A stretch of DNA of 64,000 bases from Paraphysomonas bandaiensis (Eukaryota; Protista; Chrysophyceae): positions 18,792 through 82,791 of the forward strand of contig CBFFRP010000655.1 of NCBI GenBank assembly GCA_965644295.1, written 5' to 3'. Under the pieces are notes generated by a model. It was not told the origin of the DNA, ran no database searches, and worked only from the letters and a program-made list of their open reading frames with translations. A program made the translations under genes and the position numbers. Positions 1-13,873 of the stretch are shown here, in pieces; position 1 is the first letter of the stretch, and each line of letters starts with the position of its first letter.

Positions 1-67
1 TTCAAGACTCACATCCAGGGTTAGTAAGTTAGTTTTTTGTGAAAGAGTCCTTATTTTTATGTCATAG

Positions 68-1399
68 ATGTACATGTACGACTTGGCTCAACAGCACAAA
101 GCTATTATGGTCAACGTTGAACACCGATTCTATGGAGAGAGCTACCCTACTGCTGACATGAGCACTGAAAATCTTGCATATTTGTCATCACAGCAGGGTC
201 TTGCCGGTATGTTGAAGGACTGATGATTAGTAGTATGTCTAATGTATGTCCTGTTTCTGTTTGTGCAGACTTGGCCCGCATTATCCCCCATGTCAAGAAG
301 CAGTACAACACTGAATCGAGCACCGTAGTTACTGTCGGTGGATCCTATCCGGGCAACATGGCTGCTTGGTTTAAGCTGAAGTATCCTCATGTGAGTTGGT
401 TTGAATGTGTTGGTACGTCAGTTACAATTGTCTAGGTGACTGCCGGGTCCATTGCCTCATCCGCTCCCCTCATTGCCAAGGCCAATTTTGAGGAGTACAT
501 GGAAGTTGTTGGAGATGCTCTGGTTTACTTTTCAGGACAGCAGTGCTTTGATGCCTTTACGGCAGCTGCTGAGGATGTTGCTAAACTTTCTAGCCAGGGC
601 CCCGGGTCGGAGGGTTATTCCCAGCTGGAAAAGGATTTTAAGACATGCTCACCTATGCAGAGCACTCGCGATCTTGCTATTCTACTTTCGGACCTTATGG
701 GCAACATTCAGGGCACTGTGCAGTATAACAACGAGCACAATGGTGTCATGAACGTGACGGACATTTGTGCCACCATGCTGACCCCCGGCAAATCTCCTTA
801 TGACAACTTCGTTGCTTTGAGCGCAGACTTCCTTGCTTCCTGCGGACTTGAATGTGAAGACGCCTCTTGGAAGGATACTATCGCATATCTATCTGCCATT
901 CAAAAGGATCCTGACAATAATGGGCGACCATGGACTTACCAGACATGCAATGAGTTTGGTTATTATCAGACAACTGACTCCAAGAACCAGCCATTCCACA
1001 GCTGGACAGAACTCAACATGGACTTCTATCGCGATATGTGTTATGAGTCTTTTGATGGTTGGAAGTCAGATCCCCAGACGGAGTGGATGAACGAGGTGTA
1101 CGGTGATATTCACATTGATGGTACTGATATCATCTTCCCGGCAGGTGCGCTACACCCATCATTATATATATGTCATGTCATAATACTGCGCCTATTTTAC
1201 ATCAGGCACGATTGACCCTTGGCACGCTCTTGGCATAACCAACAGTACCCCTCCTCTTCCTCAGCCCACCGAGAAGGAACTCTACATTCTTGGTACTGCC
1301 CATTGCAACGATCTTTACGCCCCGGCTAACTCAGATCCCCAATCTCTTACTGATGCTCGGGCAGTTATCGCTGATCAGGTTGCCTTGTGGGTCGCTTAG
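68..1399 (+). CDS. Serine carboxypeptidase S28 family peptidase (PRCP/TSSP-like), 5'-partial, spliced
   Basis: Exons ~68-207, 270-390, 436-1144, 1206-1399 joined at GT-AG introns give EHRFYGES, GGSYPGNM (catalytic Ser), WTYQTCNEFGYYQT, DPWH and GTAHCNDL, all S28 hallmarks. TAG at 1397-1399. The N-terminus lies upstream of the window. Confidence 0.93.
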
Positions 1400-2119
1400 A
1401 AACTCTTGGAAAGAGTTAAATGTGTATGGTAGTATATAATTGCCAATGTTAGATTCTATGGATAGCGAGAATATTCATATTGTTAGCTGTCTGTCGGCTC
1501 TTGCTGCGCAAGATAAATACCGTATTGGTTATCAGCCCTAAGCACGCACTGTGAGCGAATCATATCTGGCGGGTAATATAATAATGTAAAGCCGTTGTTA
1601 TACATGTTACACGCACGCCTAGCTAGCTCGGGTGGAGGGTGGAGGGTGGACACTCACCACCACTCCGAAGTTTTTCAAAAGCATTTTGCGAATAAATGCA
1701 ATATAAATAACGGGAAACGTGCGATAGTTTGCTGGAACTATGAAATAACTGAATGTCTAGCATTACACAGGGTAAAATAACACGCTTCTCTTAGTCTTAT
1801 TGTCATTGTACAGAATACATCATTAATTTATTTGGCTCCATCACATGTAATACGTAATACACAATACTCGGTTACAGTCGTTGATAGAATTAAAGGAAAA
1901 ATAGTGTGTGTTCATTTTTATCTTGCAATTTGGCTGTATAAGAGTTAAAGTTTACTGCAGATTAATTATAAATTATAATAGTATAATCTATGGCTCGAGG
2001 GTATAGAGTATAAAGAAGTGCAAAACGAGCAAAACCCATAATCAAAACAGGAGAATTACCAATGTTTACACACATACTGCGTACGAATGAGGTACATACG
2101 TTTAAATCAATGTTATTTT

Positions 2120-3488
2120 TCATCTTCTATCATCCCCTCTTCTCCCACTCCAATTATCTCTGCTCCTGCTGTTTCTATCTCTTGATCTGCTGTGTTTTCT
2201 ATACCTTCGATATTCTCTCTCTCTATCATTCTCCCTAGACCTATCACTACGCCTCCTGCTTCGCTCTCTGCTCCTTTTTCGGCTCCTTCCCACGCTCCTT
2301 TCTCTGGACCGGTATCTACTACTGCCTTCCCGTTCTCGATCCCTAGACCTGTCTCTTCCATTTTTTCTATAGCTTCCCCTCTCTGATGATGTCTCCTCAC
2401 TCTTCCCTCGATCCCCATCATCCACTAGATTAGTAGAAGAACGCGTGTCTTCAGAGAGACCTTTTTCTAGTGAGTCTTCAATGGCTGCCTCCGTATTGAG
2501 ATCATCGGAGATATATTCTGCTTCACAGAGGGGTTCAATCCATTCCAACTGCCGAATATATACATCACAATAATACAACGTATGACGGAACTATAGAACC
2601 TTAGGTAAACTATATAGTTTTTGTATTTCACTCCCAATCTGTTTTATCGTAGAAAGATCCGCATCAAAAATCTGCCACCATTCTGTCCCTTCTTCTGTTG
2701 GTAGTCCTACATTCAAGTCAATCGCTGAAAGTCTCACGGCAGCACAGGCCAATAGATGAGATCCAAATCGAAGGGATAAGTCCGTACGCATGCTATCATT
2801 CAGATATCCCCAGGCGCGTTGTGCCAGATCCTCCGAGCCGTTCAGAACACGAATATAATACAGGAGATATTTATGGGGGTGATCGATGATATTATAAAAA
2901 GAGAAGCCGAGTTCTTTCAGAATAATTCGTTCGACTGCAATCAATTCTGCTCGGACAAATATTATAATTAAGAAACTTTAACACTGTTAGCATACCATTC
3001 TTCCACATTGTATATCTCTCCCCCCCAATTTCAAAGGAAAGTCGACGAAGTTTTCGCCTCGACATATATATGTGGTTGTACACTATGAGAATCTGTACAC
3101 AGTGAGACATGCTCTGAAGTATATAACAATTCACACACCTCACGAAGAACTTTAGGAGACTCTTCAACTTTAGACGCAAGTAATAAACATCCCATTGCAA
3201 CAGTGAATACATCATACCGATTCAATGATTTTCTGTTATGAATATGAGCATTATATAGATATGTATGTATGTATGTATGAATTACCTGAAATAAAATCTC
3301 TGTAATAAATTTTGTGCTGTTGTAATAACAACTTGAGACAACTGTAACATAATTCCTCCTTCTTGAATTAATTCACTTCCAAATACTCTGTGTATGTATT
3401 CAACATCAGCAGTGATCCCATCAGTGAGTGATGGCGATGGAGATGATAATATATCCACAGGAAGTAATCCATTACCAGTTTGATACAT
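2120..3488 (-). CDS. CCNL1: Cyclin L (cyclin box plus C-terminal RS domain), 5 exons
   Basis: Spliced pieces SPSLTDGI..FGSELIQEGGIMLQL..TAQNLLQRFYF, MGCLLLASKVEESP, ERIILKELGF..HPHKY..AWGYLNDSMRT, then an Arg/Ser-rich tail (RSRSRDR) in ORF 2120-2578. Confidence 0.93.
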
Positions 3489-4861
3489 ATGGAACGATAT
3501 GATAACTTAAAATAGATAGAAAATATCAATTCTTACTTCAGGTAACATATAGAGAGGTATGTGTGCAGTGCTGATATATATATGTATGCACAGCCAGCTC
3601 TCTTAACTGCATGGACCACAACTGCTGCTGTATATGCATATACATGCAGAGTGTAGCAGTATAATGCTGATTTCCATATATAAAATAATGGAAATATAGA
3701 AAAGTCCAATTTTATTTATTTTCATACTAAAAAACCACGAAAAGGATAATGAAATCTAAATATCTAGATATCTTTATCATGCATGTGGTGGCGGATATTA
3801 AGTATTGAAATGCATAGTACTTAATCTTGTTTCAAAAGTAACTTGATAGATGAAGACTGGAGCTTGGAAGCTGTGACATGTCGTTAGGTGTCAGTTGAGA
3901 GAATCGTCGAGTGATCTGTAGCTCCTCTTCATATATAGCAACGAGTATTCACATCACTACTACTGCTTTTTTTGTATGTTTTCAACTCATCTTACGGAAG
4001 GATCAGCAGAGTGATTGCATGCTCGCCTTCAGTCGTACAGTGCATATCATTTCTTCTTTTAATTCAATGCAGAAATATTTATGTTAAAAATAGAGTAATC
4101 AACTTTCTCTTACTGCAATCAAATTTTTGTAATTGTTTTCTTAGTTGCAAATCATTAACATAGGATAGAACTGCACTGTTAGTTGGAATATATAATATTC
4201 GAACCATTCTACTTTCACCTTCCCCGTTGCATTCAGTACGTCTATAGTGGACTCTTTATTTAATTTAAATGATGTGCAAATGCCACAACCCTCATAGCCT
4301 GTTAGAATGCATGTAGTAGTGCTGAAATGCAACATATGACTGCAACAAGGTGTCGAATATATACCAATTGCACCTGCTACAAACACTTATATGTACGGCC
4401 TGAATTTTCATCGAACAAGAGTGGCGGCTATAACAACAAGAGCAAATCGCTTATTCAAAGGATGAAAGAACGCTTAGATTAATACACTAAATCAAGGAAT
4501 GTGCATGTCAGTATGTTACTAGCAGCACAGATCTTCAGTCTTCGTACAACTACAAGATGTAAATCACCAATAAAGAGTGTGTAACACATCACCATGACAT
4601 ATATATATCCCAATTTCGTTTAGCTACATATATATATAACACACGTTGTCATCTGTATCTATATATCGCTGGGGCGAAAAATGTACCCCTTAAGAAAGCA
4701 GTGAAGGTACATCCACCATTATCACTTCCAAACGTCATCTACTCCCCGTTAGAAATCTATGTCTAAACCTCCAAGACAAAGGCTTATTCGATGGGTATAG
4801 TGAGTTTTCAGCACTGGTAACAACCGTGAGGTAAATCCTTTAACAGAAGGAAGTCGCTATC

Positions 4862-6325
4862 TCAGCTAGGTCTTTTCCACGTTGTTTCCTGCGTTATTTC
4901 ATTGTGGTAGTATACCTGATTGATTAAGTTTAAGTTGCTAGCTACGAAATTCTGTCACTGACCTCTTTATCAGCGCAACGCTTCTCTACCCACCCTTCAG
5001 GCAGAGGTTTTGAACCACGGAGAGTGCCGCCCTTTTCTTCTGGACTTGTTTTGTGCTTATTTTTTCTTTTCTTCTTCCCGATATTTTTTCCTTCATCATC
5101 GTCTCCTTCTGATGTAGATCCTATTTTTACTCCTGACTTATTGAAGATAGACACCTTCCGATCAAACACAGATGATTTACGTAATCCTGTCTTTACATCG
5201 TGCCTCAAATCTGGCTTTGCGATCATAGTCAAGCTCTTGCGCCTGCGCCTTCTTCTGGGCAAGTCCAACACTTCAGAAAGTTCAGGCACCCCAATGTTTG
5301 AACTCTCAGATTCACTAGTGGTAGAATTTTTCGCTGCTGTGGTAATACGCAGGTTACAGTGACGCAATATTAGTCAACCGACAGCAGAAACAACAGAAAT
5401 GTGACGTACTACTACCAACATCATACAATCATACAATAAAATAAATATTTGCTAATATATTCAGACATAACTGACCACTGGCTTCCTTCAAATCTGCAAA
5501 ATCGCCACTCGCATAAGCTCCTGCTCTACTCGGGTTGGTGTATATTCGTTTTTGCAGTAACTCTAATAAGGTGCTCTTTCGCTTAGCAGTGACGTGCTTC
5601 TTCCTGGAATTGGCTGCATTAACCTGTCGCAAGGTTTTAAGATGCTTGATGCGAATTTCTTCAACAGTTTTCTGCAGGACAGCGATAGAGCTCATTTCGC
5701 TGTACATAGAATGATTCGCCCTGGTTGCTGTGAGAGCCATCCAGAAATGTTCACCTATGATTCTACGCCTAAGCTGTCCCTGGAGTTCATTCACGGGGAT
5801 AATCATAGTAGGATGACTTTTAGCGAGGGCAATAAACTTTTTCTGTGAGTAGGTATCTGTACTCGTTTGGAGGTTCGATTGCAGATGTATTAGCACTCGC
5901 TGGCGAAGTGATTTCTTTGTATGTATGGCATTCATTAATTCTATCACCTCCTGAGCCTCAATGTAACCACACTTTCGACGGTCATAGAGGTAAAACACTA
6001 ATGTACTAATGAGAGATTTCTGAACAGTTAAAAAGTTCCAAATCGCGATTACATATTCAAGAAAGTTTAAATAGCCGCCCTTTTGAACCCCAAACAGACC
6101 AAACAGAAACATGTTAAAACTCGTCATCTCTATTTTGAAATAATTTAAGAATTCATCCATTCTAATGGTATTTGTACTGTTTGAATCCATGTCAGAGAAG
6201 GCAGTGAATAAGGTGTCCATTGTATCCTTTGTCATGCCCAGTGTATACAGCAATGAGGCTGATTCCTGAGAGCGTCCGAATATAAGATCATCAGTGGTAA
6301 ACTCTATGGATAGAGAACAACCCAT
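4862..6325 (-). CDS. N-myristoylated EF-hand (calcineurin-B/CBL-like) protein with C-terminal WW domain, 3 exons
   Basis: MGCSLS start; EF-hand-like segments FSDMDSNSTNTIRMDEF, GYLNFLEY, YDRRKCGYIEAQE. Removing the 46-nt intron 4917-4962 gives LPEGWVEKRCADKE-VYYHNEITQETTWKRPS*, a WW domain. TGA at 4862-4864. Confidence 0.8.
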
Positions 6326-7031
6326 TTGCTTGAGTGGTTATGAAGATATCAGCCCAGCTGAACGTAATTCTATGTGTGGACTTCTCTCTGTATGTATGAT
6401 ATCAGTTACTGGTATGTATGTATGGCAGATGTCGTACACGTTCTTTCCTCTGTACATATACAACATAGACGTCCAGGAATGTACCGCTGTATATGTGTAC
6501 CGGTATATTTAGTCGTGTACTTATACACTATACTGTGGCAGTGTACACGGTGTGGGCTGGGGGGCTGCGATTGCAATAGATATGGATCCAGATATGCATG
6601 TGTCCACTCTAGCACTTGCAGTTAATCCAACCTATACTCATACATACATGGATAAATCGAGTCAGTAAGGATTTAGATCAGTAGCAGATGCTATATTAGG
6701 AAGTTTTTCAGTGGTCATTATACGTCGTACTCTATTGAGACAATTTCACCTCTATCGACAAGTGCATGTGGCTGTTGAGGGCACTATGACACTAGACACT
6801 TTACGGTCTAGTCTATTGTACAGTGTAAGTAGTTGGGCTTGAACATTACTTTGTGTTCATGATTGTGTAAAGTGACCGTTATCTATCACTGTTGTCCCAG
6901 TCATGGACTCAATGTATATGTAGCGTTGTCTATCGTCCAGTACAGTCGATATTTTATATAAATTTCAGTGTCAAAAGTTATATTGTGAATGTCAGGACTA
7001 TAGATCATGTCTTCTTTTCTGATTTATATAT

Positions 7032-7531
7032 TGTTATGCTCCCTCAACAAAGTCGGACTCGCACCTTTGGGGATAAGTACCGGAGAGATTCTCTCTGGGA
7101 AACTAACGTGAGCCGCAAACATAGTCAGCAGATATTGTTCTGCCCACTCATAGCCGACTGCTTGTGTGGTACAAGGGACACCAATAAGTGTCACTTGTGT
7201 AGACGTCTTTGGGCCCTGACGAATAAACAGGCATCCGGAAATGGGCCCACCACAAGGGCATCCGGGACAGGGCCCACCTCAAGGGTTAATGGGCTGCCTG
7301 CTAAAGTCAAGCATCCGTGTTGTTCACCTTAAGGACTCAGAACGGAAGTGGTTGCACCTTGGTGCTTGCGGCGACGCACAAGCAGCTTTCGTAGCGTTAA
7401 ATAGTAGGATAATAGAGTTTGTACTGATTAGTTACGGGTAGAGGTCTAACAAGGTTGACTAGCAGTCATCTAGCTACTAAATTGGTGCAGGCTTTTAACG
7501 CCTATTGCTAAATAAAAGACTTTCAATAATA
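7032..7531 (+). mobile_element. Solo-LTR-like dispersed repeat (copy 1)
   Basis: GC-elevated ~500-bp island starting TGTTATG and ending ..TTCAATAATA (one mismatch from a TGTTAT/ATAACA terminal inverted pair). It has an internal 27-bp tandem duplication (~7230-7285) and AATAAA at 7511. Segments 7329-7420 and 7500-7527 match the reverse complement of ~14575-14825. Confidence 0.5.
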
Positions 7532-8252
7532 TTGTTATGCTCGAAACGAAGTTTTGTCAAGTGTCTTGATAAGATCGCAAGCGGTTAGTAGTCATGAGTA
7601 CACAATAAAATAATATTAATTAAAACTGAAAAAAAGGTACAATGCTGAAATACATATTCAGTCTGCTTTGTGTCAATACGTCAATAGTATTAGCACAGCA
7701 CTCTACTAGCACACTAGTACTATAGTTCTTCAACGCTCTCGACAATAGATGCAGCTATTATTGGAATAATATTTCTAATCTGTAGTTACTTATCATTTGT
7801 TACTTAATACCTTCATATGTTATATATTCCGCTCTATGAAAAAATATATCCTAAAACTATATGTGCACTCGGAATCCGGCGACAACGCCTACAGCTTTCT
7901 TGACTAATGTGGAGACAACTACATCAATATCTATTCGATTTCATACAAGCTAAAGAATGAGAATTTTTCTGTAAACTCCTCACTCTTGAAACCTATGATA
8001 CATGGACAGTGAGAGGGTATTGTGTGTCTATGATCATTATTACAGTATCGCAAGTAAACGTCAAGTCCCTCTAATACTCAATATCACGTGAAGACATCAC
8101 TCTAAACATATTAGTACACAAGTTCTTACACCGCATACTAAATAAATTAATAATACCTACTTATCATAATACACACGCACAAAGTAGACTACAATATATC
8201 TAGCTGCTGGTACATATAACAAAACAACACACCACTTTAATAGAGCCGAAAC

Positions 8253-8495
8253 TCATCTTAGCTTCATTGACAGTGCCGACTCAAGTGTGGGGCGGTTTTT
8301 AGGTGCGAAAAATACCCGGGCCCCATAGTCAATTATATTGTCAGGTTTAACTCGCAATACCTCTGATTTAAACATTGTCAGAATCACGTTAAGTTCAGGA
8401 TGTTCTCTAATATAAGCCTCCCGAGCCAAAAACTCATCATCACAGGTCCAGATAGTTTCTTTGGAGCAACTCTCACTATTCTGGTTGCTGGTCAT
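8253..8495 (-). CDS. Small RIIa/Dpy-30-type dimerisation-docking domain protein (RIIAD1-like)
   Basis: YIREHPELNVILTMFKSEVLRVKPDNIIDYGARVFF fits the RIIa D/D pattern. Probable ATG at 8495 (MTSNQ); upstream exons cannot be excluded. Confidence 0.7.
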   Translation of the reverse strand: MTSNQNSESCSKETIWTCDDEFLAREAYIREHPELNVILTMFKSEVLRVKPDNIIDYGARVFFAPKNRPTLESALSMKLR

Positions 8496-9695
8496 ATCAA
8501 AACAACACAAGAAAGTAAAGTAGATCTGTGTGTATATATATCTAATCAACAAGGAAAGCCTACAGCTCCACTCAGTTAAGGATACAATTGAACTCTATGG
8601 GAGGCAGTTGTGACACCCTGTGAGGAAGATAAACAGTGTTAATGTCTGACTATACGGAGTTGGATAGAGTTCTGTTAGCTAGTGTATATATGAGATAGAC
8701 GTGCTGTGTACATGTATATATAACTGACTGTTGATGTATACAGCAGCATACAGCATGTACCTATGTACGGTATACGTATATTATACTGCACGAATACGTG
8801 TATACATCCACTGTTGTACATATGGATATGTACTGCTGTATGGTGTATATGGACACAGCCACGTACATATCTAGTGGTAGATATATATGGACACACTGGC
8901 CCTGTGTGTACACATACATTCATATATGTATGTATACTATGGATGAGATCTATATTTAGTCAATGGTAAGCAAGAGGAAAAGAAAGCCACCTTCCGTGAA
9001 GGATGTGAAGGTGATGATACTGGAGGGTGTGTGTATGATGTATGACATAAAGCGATAGAGGGATACTGCTCTGTATAATCAACACATACAGCCAGTGACT
9101 CTCTGCTGCGATATATACAATGAAAACTAGATGTGGTTAGTGAGATGGATAATGAGATTAAGGCTTTACAGAGTTGTATTTTATGGGTTCGTTATCCTAA
9201 ACGAGTAATCCAGATGAAACGGAAGGCAATACAGACATAGAAATACTCCTCATATGAAGCAGTGACTTGTGTGTTGAATCAAGTTAAAGAAAGATTCGTG
9301 AAATTATAGCCAGTAAGTTATTAGACAAAGTGAGCCAGAGCTAGTGGAATGATGTTGTAGAGATTTCTAATGTGTATCATCATTGATTACAAGTAACACA
9401 ATATTTGGAGTACTTTAATAGTTCAATTGCTTTCAAAACTACTACAATATTTTAAAATTTAAACGCATTTAGAAACTGTAGAGCGTAGAATCAAGAGAAT
9501 TGTACAAATCTCAGAGTTGCAACTAATGCAATATATGCTGAGCTTTAAATGGTGCAAGGAGAACTTGATGTGAAGCACTTAAAGGCATCAAACACTTACC
9601 AACATCTACGAGAATACAAGTAACTTCCTGAAGAATTACTACTATATGTTGTGATATATTATGCAATTTACATACAAATATGGGAACATCTATAT

Positions 9696-10982
9696 TTAGA
9701 ATATCATTTCCTCTGGTGGGGATGCAAAATGAGATTGCTCTACATTTTCTAGGAGATGCTTATAGAGGCGAGAATATTTAAACCCAAATGGAATCGTGAT
9801 GATAGGTCTCCGTCGTAATTTTCTTGAACTACTTTTTCCAATGTCATCAGTACCGTCCTTACTTTTAGCATTATCCGATGATCCGCTAATAATAGACAAT
9901 CCATCGTCATTGGATTCATATGTAATATATTCCACGAGATAGGGTTGTTTACTTGCACTTCCACCTCCCGAAATCGTACTACCGTCTATAATAACTATGA
10001 CCTTACTCCAACCCCTAAAAGTAAAATTTAACAGGGGGCCGAATTCAATCATAAACTTTCTAAGTTTGCCGAGAACCTCCAGTTCCTTCGAAGGAGAGGG
10101 TGAGCCCCGGACCATCACATTGCCGTTGGAAATGAACCGATCCACCTCAAGCAGGGTGACTGCCTCGCGCTCGGTCATGGACCCCCTATGACCTCTGCTA
10201 CTATTGCTGTGTGAATTGAATATACTAGCTAATCTAGAATGATTATCCCGTTTTCCCCATCTGGCAAGGCTGTCCCTTTCTGCAGCATGTTCCTGCAGTC
10301 GCTCCAATGCCATTTTCTCCTGCTGTTTCATTAGATTCTCACTGGCAGCTCTGCTCGATGTAGTAGTCCTCTTTGCAAACCCAGCTCGTGCAACCCATTC
10401 ACTCTGTTGGTCCATTGTTCGGCTCCGACGCTTCCTAGTTTGCGGTATTTCTTCCACTTCTTCGGTGTCCGCGTCCGTATTAGAATTACCATCATACCAC
10501 GGGTTACGGAGACCTGCAGACACTAATAAATCCCCAATATTTATTAAGAGGCGGTCAATAGCGGAAGAAGCTGTGCTGTGGCCCAGTGACTGTCTAGAAG
10601 ATAGGTGCATCGGTGTCCTGAAGCTCTTTGCAATTCGACGCACATTAGTTTCGTTACCATCACTAGACTCTGCTTCACTTGTAACTTTCTCTTTGACATA
10701 AAACACAAATGAATACGATGTCGGAAGAGGCTTTGTAACATCAAGACTACCGCGTCTTTCCAACGTGTCCACCATAGTCTGGGCTGTGTCTGCTAATTCG
10801 TTCAAAGACTGTAGAAATTTTAAATTCGCGTTCTTCACATCAGCAGTGCTCGAAGAAAACAAGTCAGGATGAATGAGTTTCACAAACGGAGACAAATTGC
10901 GTCGTATAGAAGTTGATGCTTGTCTAATCAACTGTGGCTTCGAGAGATTTCCACGACTGCATACATACAGAGACGACAACAT
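9696..10982 (-). CDS. TCAIM/DUF4460-like (J-domain-like HPD) mitochondrial protein, intronless
   Basis: Ser/Arg-rich, acid-free N-terminus (presequence-like) followed by LSPFVKLIHPDLF..KNANLKFLQSLN, the DUF4460/TCAIM N-terminal motif. Single ~428-aa ORF. Confidence 0.7.
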   Translation of the reverse strand: MLSSLYVCSRGNLSKPQLIRQASTSIRRNLSPFVKLIHPDLFSSSTADVKNANLKFLQSLNELADTAQTMVDTLERRGSLDVTKPLPTSYSFVFYVKEKVTSEAESSDGNETNVRRIAKSFRTPMHLSSRQSLGHSTASSAIDRLLINIGDLLVSAGLRNPWYDGNSNTDADTEEVEEIPQTRKRRSRTMDQQSEWVARAGFAKRTTTSSRAASENLMKQQEKMALERLQEHAAERDSLARWGKRDNHSRLASIFNSHSNSSRGHRGSMTEREAVTLLEVDRFISNGNVMVRGSPSPSKELEVLGKLRKFMIEFGPLLNFTFRGWSKVIVIIDGSTISGGGSASKQPYLVEYITYESNDDGLSIISGSSDNAKSKDGTDDIGKSSSRKLRRRPIITIPFGFKYSRLYKHLLENVEQSHFASPPEEMIF

Positions 10983-11559
10983 CACACTAACAACTGAGAG
11001 GACAAACCGATAAAACTATTAATCTAACTGAAAAGTGCTTTATTTCACGACAGATCATCGATCAGCTAGCATGATGAATGGTGGGAATTATCGTTAATGC
11101 ATAACAGACAACAACGCCAGTAGAGTGAGAGGAATAGACAAGCCGACAATGAAGACAACCATCCACTCACCGTACACTTATAGTACAACCATAAATTACA
11201 GTAAATTCTAGTTTTTAGATACCTTTTTCTACAAGTTTTTGTATAATTTTAGATTTAGAGTCTAGAATTTCTGAAATGTGGGATTTTTATAGGAGGTTGG
11301 CACACATTATTGAAAAAGCATATGAAAAAACAAAAAACGAAACTGAAATATATAACGTTTAAAGATACCTTTTTGTAGTGCATATAATTACCACAAAAAT
11401 TTCGCATAGAAGATACACAAACGATCAGTTGAGATGATAGCATGATATCATAACAGCGTACACATACATACATGCATACATACATACATATATATAGCTC
11501 ACTATATCTCCACAGTCAGCAGCTAGCCTCAGTATCTTACCTTTACATATTTTATAAAG

Positions 11560-13276
11560 ATGGGAAACGCTTTTAATAATCCTCTTGATGAGTCTAAACA
11601 GGCTCGTATGAATGAGATCATCTCTGAAGTGGTCGGAGTGTTCGCTAAGGAGTTTCCTCTTCATTATAAAGATGCTCTAATTGAACAACTTAAAGAAGAA
11701 GCTCAACCAGAAGAAGAAGATGATAGACTTCTTCCTGATGCTCCTACACCTGACTATGAGCTGAAGACTGGTACTATGACTAAGGTATGTATGTAGAGAA
11801 GATATTTTGGCGATAGATATGTAACGGTGTGTATAGAGAGGAGATCTTGTTAAGAACTGGAAAGTTCGTTACTTCCGTGCTCTTAATGAAGCTGATAATT
11901 TCCGAATTGAGTACTTCGAGAAGGAGGGTGGTAAGATGAAGGGTCAAGTTAACTGCTGTGGATACCGTGCGGAGGAATTCGATGAGGACGAGGTGAAGGA
12001 GTATGGGCCCAACGGTAAATTCGGTATCAAACTCGTACCTTACGACAGCAGGAGGCGCCAGTGGGCATTTTCTTGTGAAACTGAGGAGGACAAGACGGAG
12101 TGGCTCAAAGTTTTTAATAATGCCTGCCGTAAGGCCAAGCCACCTGTGAACGACAACCCCCTGATCGCCACTGCTTTCCGCGGCGCTCTCAAGGCCGTTC
12201 GTTGGGCATACGGCTTTTACGGATGGTACTCTATCACTGGAACTGAGGCTGAGATGCTTGGTGGTCTCTGCAGTGATATCCTCAACAGGGAGCTTATAGA
12301 TGATGTTATCTACAACATTCCTGCTGGCCCCCAGAGAAATGCTGTGGCTGGTATGGTGCGCAAGACTGTGGACACCACTGTGGTCGCTGCAGTCAGCGCT
12401 GCCTGGAACTCCTCTGTGGCCGCTTGTGAGAGCCTCCAGGACACGCTCAAGAGCACTGCCTCAAGTCTTCTTACTCCTCTTTTTGAGCAGGAAGTTGCCC
12501 TCAAGGCGAAGATTGTTGATACCGTAAGTGGTACTGTCAATCCATTTCTGGAGGACGTTGGTGGTCGTATCTGCCGTCCTATTGTGCGCATTTGCTCAAC
12601 TCCTATCACCAAGGCTTACATAGCCGCAATTAACGGCCTCTCTACGTTTATGAAGAAGCAGATTTCGGATGGAGCTTTCGATAAGGATTCCTTTGATCAC
12701 AATATATCCTGGGCCCACAGAAGTGTGGAATACTGGTGGTCTGGACCTCTCGAAGAGACTAACCGTCTCTGCTGGAAACTTTACACATCTGATCTTGGTG
12801 AGGTGGCAGCCTTTCTGTCTGGGGGATTCACTGCGTACTCTCTATATTCGGATGCTCTGGATGCTATCAGGGACCTCACACATCGAGCAATTCACAAGTT
12901 CGAAACCTTAGTAAGGGAGGCTGGAACATTCACTAACATGGATGCCGTTCTTAATGATGTGCTCTCCAAAATGGTTCATGATGCCAAGCTATCTGTCAAG
13001 AATGTTCTCAATTCTATTCTGGGTGGAACCCTACAAGAGCCCCTTGAGAGCGGTGTAATCAGCCCTTGCTTGGAGCTCACCAAGCCCATCCAGGACGTTA
13101 TCGACTCTATCCCAGTCCCGGGTCTATCAGATCTGTTCAACTTGACCTCGTTAGTGGAAAACTGTCTTGGTGAAATTGTTGATGGCGCTGTGGGTGCGAT
13201 TGTTGATGGTTCCTTCGGAGATGTCGCCCAACAGATTGAGAGCACAGGGTCTGAGCTTGGTCTGCAGACTGTCTAA
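11560..13276 (+). CDS. N-myristoylated PH-domain Niban/FAM129-like protein, 2 exons
   Basis: MGNAF start. Intron 11785-11836 joins KTGTMTK to RGDLVKNWKVRYF (PH domain, ending EDKTEWLKVFNNA), followed by AFRGALKAVRWAYGFYGW..GTEAEML and a long helical region typical of Niban-like proteins. Confidence 0.75.
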
Positions 13277-13873
13277 CTTGTTGTAATGTCTTCCTTCCTT
13301 TGCTGTGATGTCTGTGCACATGTTGCCAACTAGTCGTCTGCCAATTGAAGCAGCCATTATTATTTAAGGCTTCTTGAATACTGTGCATACTTTCTAGGTT
13401 GCCTGCTGCAGACTTGTCGTTAGATATTACTACATGCAAAGTGTAACCTAAGAAACGCAAATTAACTGAGAAATAGTTTCAAAAAGTATCAACAAAAGTT
13501 TGGTAGTGGCTACGATCGTTGTATTATCTATATTATCTGCTCTGTCCGTTCTACTTCTCATAGAAATATCCTATAATACCAGGGTATGATACTGTAACAA
13601 AACTCAGTAACCGCAACATTCAATCAGTAAGCATTGTGATAAAAGTTTCACATATATTTTGTCTTCAGAGCACCGGGTATTTTAAAAAGTTCAACTTCAA
13701 TATTCGATTCAAACTGAAAATATATCATATCTTAATTATGATGAGATAGTCAATAGTCATATGGATGTGATTTCATTACATTACACTATTACACAATTGT
13801 AGAGAATCCACAATGATGAGTCTAACTTCTAAAGCAGATCATCACACTCGTCGTTATATTTCAGTCTAAGTCT

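Noticed and set aside
1628-1650. GGGTGGAGGGTGGAGGGTGG G-rich run
   Set aside because: Short isolated intergenic repeat, not a telomeric array, and no evidence of function.
3850-4450. Possible spliced minus-strand gene remnant (ORF 4141-4386 with intron-like CTAACAG ends)
   Set aside because: I could not assemble a stop-free spliced frame or recognise a family. It may be a decayed gene but cannot be supported.
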